From the NCBI RefSeq assembly GCF_006345805.1, contig NC_043021.1, forward strand, positions 5,146,001 through 5,210,000: DNA of 64,000 nt, in the 5' to 3' direction. The position numbers and the translations under genes are program-made. Shown here in pieces: positions 39,152-50,692 of the stretch. Under the pieces are notes generated by a model. It had not been told where the DNA came from. It did no database searches and worked only from the letters and a program-made list of their open reading frames with translations. Position 1 is the stretch's first letter. Each line of letters starts with the position of its first letter. Source of the DNA: Octopus sinensis. Its lineage: Eukaryota.

Positions 39152-39378
39152 CACATGTATATATACACATACACATGTATATATACACACACACACACAT
39201 GCGTGTGTGTATATATTTATATATCATTATCATCATCATATACGATGATGATGATATATATACATATGTATTGAGTGTATGCATTTGCTATACTATAGGA
39301 AATAGCATTTTAAACTTCTTTAGTTGTTGATTTGATTCCCTTGAAGAAAAATCTAACCTTTGTTTTATTAAAACAAAA

Positions 39379-39496
39379 GACCCTGAAGAGATTCTGCCCC
39401 ATACAGCTTAAAATGATAAATTCTTAACTCTGGATTTAACCCAAATGCTTTGAACTATGCATTACCAAGGAGCCAGAATCGAAACATATGTAGGTT
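39379..39496 (+). ncRNA. Type-I hammerhead ribozyme with large stem-II loop
   Basis: gacc-CUGAAGA-gauucug[77 nt]cagaauc-GAAA-C-auau-GUA-gguu: intact core, 7-bp stem II, palindromic stem III, short stem I. Confidence 0.7.
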
Positions 39497-40379
39497 ATTG
39501 AGCTTTCTGTAGTGTTTTTTTAGAAATTTATTTGTATCTAAATTTTAACAACAAACTATGATACAAAAAAATTAACTATACCTCCTCAACTTTCCATTTT
39601 CTTACCTTATTAATTTTACCTATTACAATAATCCATAACACCCTCTCTCTCTTTCAGAGATGCAGTGAGCAGCTAAACGCACACATACACACACGGCAGT
39701 AACTTCCACCTACCGAATTCAATCACAAAGCTCCGGTCGGCTCGGGGCTATAGTGGAAGACACCTACCCAAAGTGTCACGCAGTGGGACTGAACCCGAAA
39801 CCATGTAGCTAGGAAGCAAGCTCCCTAACCACACAGCCATAACACATCATGGAGATTTCCTTCAAATGTGATGGAGATTAAACCAGTGAAATTTTGGATT
39901 TATTAATCCCTAAGGAGGATATGGCATCCTTGAATTGATTCTCTGTGTGTGTGTATACAATTGTTAAAAAGGCCAACAAGCGTTAAGGCAATGCAAACAT
40001 CTCAAATCTTATACATTATTACTATTGGAAAAAATTCAAACACTTACAGCTGTTTCTGTGACATCCCAGGAATATCCCAGAAACAGCTGTTAAGCTTTGA
40101 ATTTTTTCCAATATTAATAATGTATATGACATGAGATGTTTGCTTTGCCTTAAAGTTTGTTGTCCTCTTTAACAATTCTGCTCTATCAGAATGCAGTGGC
40201 TTCATAACTATTGTCTAGGCTAAAACCTTCGAGCCCTATTAACCCAATACAGCATTTACCTAGACTACCTAATCGTGTATGTCACCAGTAAACTAAACCC
40301 CATATTTTGTATATACATAATATAAGTATATATATATTATATATATATGTATATATACTTATATATGTATATATATATA

Positions 40380-40410
<31 letters not shown>

Positions 40411-40411
40411 C

Positions 40412-40472
<61 letters not shown>

Positions 40473-40736
40473 ATACTTATATATATATATATATATAAGT
40501 ATATATACATATATATATAATATATATATACATATATATACATATATATAAGTATATATACATATATAAGTATATATAAATATATATATACATATATATA
40601 TACATAATATATATACACATATATATATATACACACACACATATATATATACACATATATATATACATATATATATACATATATATACACACATATATAT
40701 ACACATATATATACACATATATATACACATATATAA

Positions 40737-40775
<39 letters not shown>

Positions 40776-41159
40776 TATGCATATATATATATACATATAT
40801 ATATACACATATATATACATATATATACATACATATATACATATATACATACATACATATATATATACACACATACACACACATATATACATATATACAT
40901 ACATACATATATATATACACACATACACACACACGCACACACACATATGTAGATATACACATGTGCACGCACACGCACACACAATTACTATTTATAATTA
41001 GTAGAAAGTTATAAAACTGATTCAAGGTCTGAGGGTCTCATGCCATACCAATTATCAAATGAGTGCCACACATGAAGGTTTCGGCCTTGGGTCTTATATT
41101 TTCTGAAACTTTCTGCCACTTAAAAATAATTCAAAAAAATAAAGTGTGTGCATGTGTAC

Positions 41160-41209
<50 letters not shown>

Positions 41210-41305
41210 GTTTCCAACTGCTGGGATGATAATTGGTGATTCCTGCAACTGCTTTTGCCCCTTCCACACCTCCTCCAACAATTCCCCCACATCCCACCCC
41301 ACCTC

Positions 41306-41527
41306 CTAAGATTTCACCTCCATTTTGAGGAGAGGCTGTTGTGTCGTTTCCTGTTTGATGAACTGCGAGGTGTCGATGGTGGCGTGGTCGACAATGCTGA
41401 ACACAAACTGCAAGCACCCGGTCTTTATGTAGCTCCCATGGTGCAACAGTGCAGTGCCTTCCCATCCTGCACCACTGCCACCTATGAGACTGGATCCACT
41501 TCCTGTACAGTTGCACTGCTTCTTGAT
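41306..41527 (-). CDS. PHF12: PHF12 last coding exon with stop
   Basis: Acceptor atctttccag; [48 protein letters not shown]...MEVKS then TAG at 41306-41308. Confidence 0.93.
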   Translation of the reverse strand: MKKQCNCTGSGSSLIGGSGAGWEGTALLHHGSYIKTGCLQFVFSIVDHATIDTSQFIKQETTQQPLLKMEVKS

Positions 41528-41774
41528 CTGGAAAGATTTGGAAACAAGAAAATAAAATGTACATTTATCTATTTATGTATAATATATATATAAAGTCAAA
41601 ATGAGGGTGAAAAAATTGGATATTAATTTAATAACATCAATTTAAACACCAGCGGCCTAGCGTATAAAAGACTGAGATTCAGTAAATATTATTAATACAC
41701 AAATATGAGAGAGAATCCACTATGTGGATGCTCTTACGCTAGAGATAGATCCGCAAAGGGACTCAACCGCTAAG

Positions 41775-41808
<34 letters not shown>

Positions 41809-44558
41809 GTTTAACGTCCGTTCTCCATGCTAGCATGGGTTGGACGGTTCCACCAGGGATCTGGGAAGCCAGAAGGCTGCCCCAGGCTCCGGTCTTATCT
41901 GGCAATGTTTCTACAGCTGGATGCCCTTCCTAACACCAACCACTCCGTTCTCAAGAAAAAATTTAGCACACTAAGAATGCAAGCGAGCAGGACAAATGAA
42001 AAATAACAAAAATATAGATTAACCCCATACAATTGTTTCACTGTTAATCTATATTTTTGTTATTTTTCATTTGTCCTGCTCGCTTGCATTCTTAGTGTGC
42101 TAAATTTTTCTTGAGAACGATTCTTAGTGGTTGAGTCCCTTTGCAGATCTATCTCTAGCGTAAGAGCGTCCACATAGTCGATTCTCTCTCATATTTGTGT
42201 ATATATATATATATATACATAATTATTGTTTGAGGGAATAAAATCCAAACTTACAAGGAAAAAAAAAAAATTCAATTTAGAAATACTAAATCAAATTTCA
42301 CACAATATAATATATATATAAAATATGAGAAAAAAGCCACCAATTCAAAATGAACAATTAAATTATACCATCTAGAAAATTACATATAATAGAAAAATTA
42401 AAATTAAAATAACAATAAAATGTCAAAAATTAAGTAAATTGCAAAAAATAATGATAAAAACGTATATAATAAGTAGAAAAACGACACGTTACGTTGTGAG
42501 TTCAAATTCCGCCGAGGTCGACTTTGCTTTTCATCCTTTCGGGGTCGATAAATTAAGTACCAGTTACGCACTGGGGTCGATGTAATCGACTTAACCCCTT
42601 TGTCTGTCCTTGTTTGTCTCCTCTGTGTTTAGCCCCTTGTGGGTAGTAAAGAAATATATATATATATATATCTATATATATATATATATATATATCTATA
42701 TATTACATATATAGATATATATATATACCCACACACCCATACTCACAAAATAAATAACTGAAACGGCATTAAGCATTTTGTCCAACATGCCAGCTCGCTG
42801 CCTTTCTAACTTTAGCCAAGGCCAGCAATTTTGAGGAGCGGAGGCAAGTCAGCATTGAGTCCAGTGCTCAACAGGTATTCATTTTATTGACCCTAAAAGG
42901 ATGAACGGCCAAGTTGATCTCAGGGGAATTTGAACTGAGAATGTAAAGGTGGCTGTGTGGTAAGAAGCTTGTAAGAGGTTTATTGCCTCATTGTGTTTTC
43001 GGGAACAAGGAAAAAAGAACATTGTTTTAGAGAAGCGAAAGTCGGCGGGCGCTTTTCGTCTTCTCCCATCATCATCATTTTTGTATCATTATCATTCATC
43101 CCATTAATGTCCGTGTCCAGCCCGCAAAGCTTCTATCTGTGTGATGCCCTTGTGGCAAATTATATGAAATAAAGAAGCTTGCTTCCCAACCACATGGTTC
43201 CAGGTTCAGTCCCACTGCATGGCACCTTGGGCAAGTGACTTCTACTATAACCTCAGGCCAACAATAAAGCCTTGTGAGTGGCTTTGGTAGATGGAAACTG
43301 AAAGAAGCCCATCGTGTGTTTGTGTGTGTGTGTCTTTGTGTTAGTGTTTGTCCCTCTATCACTGCTTGACAACTGGTGTTGATGTGTTTATGTCACCATA
43401 ACTTAGTGGTTCGGCAAAAGTGACTGATACAATAAATACAAGGCTTTTAAAAAAAAAGTCCTGGGGTCCATTGGTTCACCTAAAAACCCTTCAAAGCAGT
43501 GCTCCAGCATTGCCACAGTCAGATGGCTGAAACAAATAAAAGGATAAGAAAAAACTGGACATAATAATAATAATAATAATACTCAGGAGGCGCAGGAGTG
43601 GCTGTGTGGTAAGTAGCTTGTTTACCAACCACATGGTTCCGGGTTCAGTCCCACTGCGCGGCACCTTGGGCAAGTGTCTTCTACTATAGCCTCATGAGTG
43701 GATTTGGTAGATGGAAACTGAAAGAAGCCCGTTGTATATATGTATATATATGCGTGTGTGTGTTTGCGTGTCTGTGTTTGTCCCCCTAGCATTGCTTGAC
43801 AACCGATGCTGGTGTGTTTATGTCCCCGTTACTTAGCGGTTCGGCAAAAAAGACCGATAGAATAAGTACTGGGCTTACAAAAGAATAAGTCCCGGGTCGA
43901 GTTGCTTGATTAAAGGCGGTGCTCCAGCATGGCCGCAGTCAAATGACTGAAACATGTAAAAGAGTAAAGAGTAAATACTCACTCCGCGCCACTTGGCACT
44001 CATGGTGGGTCGGCTATTGTTGGTGTGGTTCCTATCATCACTGTTAGAATCTTGGCTCTCCTTGTTGTGTCCAGAGCCATTCTGACTTTCTTTGTTGGAA
44101 TGACAGCTGCTCTCTTTCCTTTTGGAGATGATGCTCCGAACCGATGCCACAAATGGCGTTGGTTTCCGCATCGTAGCAGTCTTGTCAGAGAAATCACATG
44201 AATAAAGAACGTTGTCAGCCGTCGTGCCGTGTTCGCTGTAGTTGAGGAGTTCATAGTGACGAGTCGTCTGCAGGTGAAAATAAGAATTTTTAAAAATATA
44301 TAACAGAAAAAAAAAAACAATATTTTGTGGTGCCCCAGCATGGCTGCGGCCTTTGGGCTAAAACATTTTAAAGGATTTTTAAGGATTAATATAGGCGCAG
44401 GAGTGGCTGTGTGGTAAGTAGCTTGCTAACCAACCACATGGTTCCGGGTTTAGTCCCACTGCGTGGCATCTTGGGCAAGTGTCTTCTGCTATAGCCCCGG
44501 GCCGACCAATGCCATGTGAGTGGATTTGGTAGACGGAAACTGAAAGAAGCCCGTCGTA

Positions 44559-44604
<46 letters not shown>

Positions 44605-44971
44605 ATATATATATAGGCGCAGGAGTGGCTGTGTGGTAAGTAGCTTGCTAACCAACCACATGGTTCCGGGTTCAGTCCTATTGCGTGGCATCTTGGGCAA
44701 GTGTCTTCTGCTATAGCCCCGGCCGACCAATGCCATGTGAGTGGATTGGTAGACGGAAACTGAAAGAAGCCCGTCGTATATATGTATATATATATATATA
44801 TATATAGGCGCAGGAGTGGCTGTGTGGTAAGTAGCTTGCTAACCAACCACATGGTTCCGGGTTCAGTCCCACTGCGTGGCATCTTGAGCAAGTGTCTTCT
44901 GCTATAGCCCCGGGCCGACCAATGCCATGTGAGTGGATTTGGTAGACGGAAACTGAAAGAAGCCCATCGTA

Positions 44972-45003
<32 letters not shown>

Positions 45004-45180
45004 GGCGCAGGAGTGGCTGTGTGGCAAGTAGCTTGCTAACCAACCACATGGTTCCGGGTTCAGTCCCACTGCGTGGCATCTTGAGCAAGTGTCTTCTGCT
45101 ATAGCCCCGGGCCGACCAATGCCATGTGAGTGGATTTGGTAGACGGAAACTGAAAGAAGCCCATCGTATATATGTATATA

Positions 45181-45211
<31 letters not shown>

Positions 45212-48200
45212 GGCGCAGGAGTGGCTGTGTGGTAAGTAGCTTGCTAACCAACCACATGGTTCCGGGTTCAGTCCCATGTTAAATTGATGAGCAAAATGCA
45301 ATGAACAAATGAACGAATGTAGCTGCAAGTTTGTGTCTGTGTTTTACCACCACCCCCCTCCATCACTGCTTGACAACCAGTGTTGGTGTGTTTACGTCCC
45401 CGTAACTTAGTGGTTTGGCAAAAGAGACCAACAGAATAAGTACTAGGCTTAAGAAATAAGTCCTGGGGTTGATTTGTTCGACTAAAACCCTTCAAGGCAG
45501 TGCTCCAGCATGGCCGCAGTCAAATGACTGAAGCAAGTAAGAGAATAAATACTCCTCAAACTTATCATCATGTCATCACTGAAGTAGTAGTAGTAGTAGC
45601 AACAGAAGCAGTAGTAGTTGTAAAAACAGCAGCAGCAGTAGTAGTAGTATTAGTAGTAGTAGTGGCAGCAGCAGCTGCAGTGAGAGGAGGGTGTGGATTG
45701 GGGTGGGAGTGAATTGGTAAAGTGGTCAGAGCATTAGAAAGAACATCCTTCCAATTCTGATTAATTCATTGAAAATAAATCATGGCTTTGTTTTGTGTTG
45801 TTTTGTTTTGTTTTATTTTGTGTTGTTTTTGTAAAAAAAATTTAAGTAAAAAAAAAAAACTTTCAATATATTTTTACAGTCTCAAATATTTGTACATTGA
45901 CAAAAGAATGAATGCAAAAAAACCACTTTACCTCGTCATAGAAGATGTAAGCATGCTTTGCTGATACGTAATTACAGTGTCCAAAATGAGTCAAGCACAC
46001 ATCCATGTCGGCACCTTGACAAGAGAAAAATAAAACAAGGAAAATAAAAGACAAAAAAAAAAACAGTTTAATTTAAACTATGAATAAACAGCTTTGGTTT
46101 TGTAATATTTATGTTGTTTGGGTACCTGGACATTAAAATAAATACTTTGATCTTTTCATGGTAAGTACAGGTAAGAGATTATGTTGCCTTTGGGTCATCT
46201 GATGGCGGAGAAGATGAAGTCACCCGTCAGAAACACATTAACGCTTTGATCTAGTTTTGTTAGTACTTCTTTTATCATTGTAAGGCTTTCCTCAAATTTA
46301 CCATCATGATTTGAGGCATCAGATGGACAATATAATGTGCATGTTACCACATCAAGTTGCTTTCAGTGCACTATGAGTGTCTCAGAGACAGAGTTTGAGT
46401 GAGACCTCATCAGGATGTACGACGCAACTCCACTGTGACTTCTTTTTCTTCTATCTACAAGGAATGCAGCACGTGTATCTCTGCAGACAGATGTGTCTCT
46501 CTAAGTGCAATGTATATTGCTTGTTTGATTGCATGCAGAAAAATCTCTCTCATATGTATACATACATACATATAGACATTTACATATATGCATACATATA
46601 CATATCACCGTGACTGACCAGGCTATCAGATGTTGCTACACATCGCTGGTCACAATGCGCTTTGCGTTGTTTTAGCGTTCAAATGACGCCACCCCACTGG
46701 CTAAGTGAGCAGGCCAACAGAAGAAAGAGTGAGAGAACATTGTGGTGAAAGAGTACAGCAGGGATCGCCACCATCCCCTGCTGGAGCCTCATGGAGCTTT
46801 TTAGGTGTTTTCGCTCAATAAACACTCACAACGCCCGGTCTGGGAATCGAAACTGCGATCCTCCGACTGCGAGTCCGCTGCCCTAACCACTGGGCCATTG
46901 CGCCTCCACATATACATATACACATACATATACATATGTATACACACACACACACACAAACGTTTATGTATTTGTTTTGCAATATTCCTAATGTGAAATC
47001 ATGTGTTGAAACAAATATTGTTATACCTGGGGATTGTGATTTTTTTTTTCTCGTTTGCCAATTAAACACACATACTATTTACCTGATCTTCCCTTTAGTG
47101 AGGAAAGCAGGAGGAAGAGGGAAAGGGTTAGAACTGTTAAGTATGTCGTTAGAAACCTGAAATTACCTGTACCAATACTGAGGGTACGATACGGCATCGA
47201 GATTGGTTCACCTTTCCCTGTTAACGGACAAAGGAGCGCACGAGCCTGGATCTCATCAGAACCGGTTCCTGAAAACAAACAGAAACCAAAATAATTAGCA
47301 GAGAACAAATCAAGTACAATTTCTAAAAATTAGTATTTTCCAGCATACAAGTTGATGTAGAACACAGCATAAATGTGTAGCGCAAATATTCACTATCTTT
47401 CCAAAATCTGCTGCACTCCACATGGAATTTTTGGTCCTCCAAAGTCATTTTGGTATATGACTCGACCTACATTTTGTGGCTGTAAATTTTGGTCTGAAAA
47501 ATTTCAACTTGTATGCCAGAAAATACAGTAGAAAATTTTTTTTTTCCTACTAAAACATATTCTTAATATTTCCAAATGTGCTGACATGAATTTTCAAAGG
47601 GCTAAAACATTTTTAAGGATTTTTAAGGAAAAGACAAAATAAAAAACAAAAAAAAAGAACATTGTCTATAGCAAAGTATATTTGTAAATATTTGTAAATT
47701 TAAACCATGCAGAATCTTGCTGCATACGGAATCTTGGCACTTCTCAGAAAAACTAGTTTCAGAATCCCGTTCCAATCTGATTTGGTTTCTACAGCTGGAT
47801 GCCTTTCCTAATAGCTAATAGTAAATGAATATTGGGTTCAGAAACCCTTTTGGATAGAAAGAGACATGAGAGATGTTGAGTATATGTCCACTGGGCAGCC
47901 TTTTACTCTTCCTAATATTTACATGTTATAAGGTGGTGAGCTGGCAGAAATGTTAGAATTCCAGGCAAAATGCTTAGCAACATTTCGTTCATCTTTACAT
48001 TCTGAGTTCAACTTTGCTTTTCATCCTTTCGGGGTCTATAAATTAAGTACAAGTGAAACACTTGGGTCGATGTAATTGACTAGTTCCTTCCCCAAAAATT
48101 TCAGGCCTTGTGCCTATAGTAGAAAGGATTATTATTATTATTATTATTATTATATTATTAATTAATTAATTAATTAATTATTATTATTATTATTATTGTT

Positions 48201-50654
48201 GTTGTTGTTGTTGTTATTAAGGTGGCGAGCTAGCAAGGAGCGCTAGCACACCAGGCAAACAGCTTAGTGACATTTCGTCTGTCTTTACATTCTGAGTTCA
48301 AATTTCACTGAGGTTGACTTTGCCTTTCATCTTTTTGGGGTTGATAAATTAAGCACCAGTTAAATATTCTGTATTTTATGTAGTTTGTTCTTAGTGCTTG
48401 CTTTTGGGCAGCACAGATTAGAGCCTCCATTTCTGGTTTTAAATCACTTTTAGTCATCCACTGCCATCTTCATTATTATTATTATTATTATTTTATTATT
48501 ATTATTCAGTGGCACGTAAAAAGCACCCACTACACTCTCGGAGTGGTTGGCGTTAGGAAGGGCATCCAGCTGTAGAAACTCTGCCGGATCAAGATTGGAG
48601 CCTGGTGCAGCCATCTGGTTCGCCAGCCCTCAGTCAAAATCGTCCAACCCATGCTAGCATGGAAAGCGGACGTTAAACGATGATGATTAAGGTAGCAAGT
48701 TGGCAGGATCGTTAGCACACCAGGCAAATTGCTTAGTGATATTTCATCCGTCTTTACGTTCTGAGTTCAAATTCTGCCAAGGTGAACTTTGCTTCTCATC
48801 CTTTTGGGGTCAATAAAATATGCAACCATTTGAACGCTGATATCATCAGCTTACCCACCCTCCCTGAACTTCCTGACCTTGTACCAAAATTTGGAACCAT
48901 TATTTATGGCTGTATGCACTTCAAGATCCAGTGTTCCAGAACAGAATTATTTCACAATCTTCTTAAAGTATATAAATTCTTGACATAAACACTGTGTCTG
49001 CATATGTGTGTGTGTGAATGCATGTGTGAATGAGTGTATGTGGGTGAATGTATGTGTGTTTTTGAGTGGATCTGTTTAGTGGGGGGGGGGGTGAATGTGT
49101 GTGTGTGTGTGTGTGTGGTGTGTGTGTGTGTGCATGCGTTTGTCTGTACATGTGCATGCATGCATGTATATATTCCATACTTTTCTTTTCCATAACTGAT
49201 GGTGCTGTCTGTTGTTGTGGTAACAGCTGCTGGAGTCGTTGCCAAGCAAGAATCTGGACTAATTTCTGGTCAAGTTTACCAAGTTCAACTTCTGAAAGTA
49301 GAGAAAGAAAGAGAGAGGGGAGTGAAAGAGAAAGTAGTTGGGAGAAGAGAGGAAGAAACAGTAATAATAGATAAGAACATCAGAGAGAGAGATGGGGAGA
49401 GAGAAGAGGAAAGAGGAGAAAAAGAATGAGATAAAGCTAAGAAGTTGGTAAAATATGCAAAGACTGAAAACTGCTTGTGAAAAAAAAAAACAAAAGGAAT
49501 ATGCTGCTCTACCTCCTTGACCTTCGATGCAATGTTGTAATGTTGTGTTTAGATTGACGATGGCTGGTGAGGAACTCAGAGTATTAGCCACCACTGATTT
49601 TGAATGTGAAACGGGAAGAGATGATGATGTCGGGACAGCTTTCGAACCTAAAAATTAAACAACAGCAATCAGTAAGGAAAAATCATAAATTAGCATAAAT
49701 TTATAAATCATAAATTAGCATAAATTTACATATTGAAGACAGTGAAAATGACGACAGCCAAAAATATACATACACACATATATATACGATGTGTGTATAC
49801 ACACACATAAAATACGATTGAACTTAAATAAAAACGATTGAATTTACAAAATCGAAATCGATCAACATCAATGGAAATTGTAGCTGTGATACCAGTGCCG
49901 GTGGCATGTAAGAGAAACATCCAAACGTGGCCGTTGCCAGCACCGCCCTGACTGGCCTCCATGCCGGTGGCACGTAAAAAGCACCATCCGACCGTGGCCG
50001 TTGCCAGCCTCATCTGGCACCTGTGCAGGTGGCACGTAAAAAGCACCATCCGACCGTGGCCGTTGCCAGCCTCATCTGGCACCTGTGCAGGTGGCACGTA
50101 AAAAGCACCCACTACACTCATGGAGTGGTTGGCGTTAGGAAGGGCATCCAGCTGTAGAAACACTGCCAGATAAGACTGGAGCCTGGCGCAGCCTCCTGGC
50201 TTCCCAGACCCCAGTTGAACCGTCCAACCCATGCCAGCATGGAAAACGGACGTCAAACGATGATGATGATGAGGTGAGTGCCTTAATTAGTGATATGAAA
50301 TATCATATTCCTTGGCACATCTCTGAATCGGCTCATAAACGTGAAGTTTATATATTTCTTCTTTCGTTGGTTTTAATGTTTTTAATACTTAATCCTTTCA
50401 AGTTAAATTTTAAATTTCATCATACAATGTACGATTTTAAATATAATTACAAATGATATTTTCTTAAATTCAATCGTTTTTATTTAAGTTCAATAGTATT
50501 TTATGCATTGCACTGATATTGTCTATTTATATATATTTGTGTTTTATTTCCATTTTATAGAGAATATATGTATTTATATACGTTTTGGATACGTATTTCA
50601 ATTATGTTCTTTTAGACTTCGCCTGTGTTGCCTCCCTAATAATATTATTTCCTA

Positions 50655-50692
<38 letters not shown>

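Noticed and set aside
41094-41593. ORF-track frames 41094..41564(-) and 41255..41593(+)
   Set aside because: Wrong frame or strand over the real PHF12 last exon, which reads IKKQCNC... from 41527.
44379-45328. 170-aa and 205-aa ORFs with repeated motifs; array superficially CRISPR-like
   Set aside because: Units are ~200-bp SINE halves separated by (TA)n, with no unique spacers and no cas genes; the DNA is eukaryotic.
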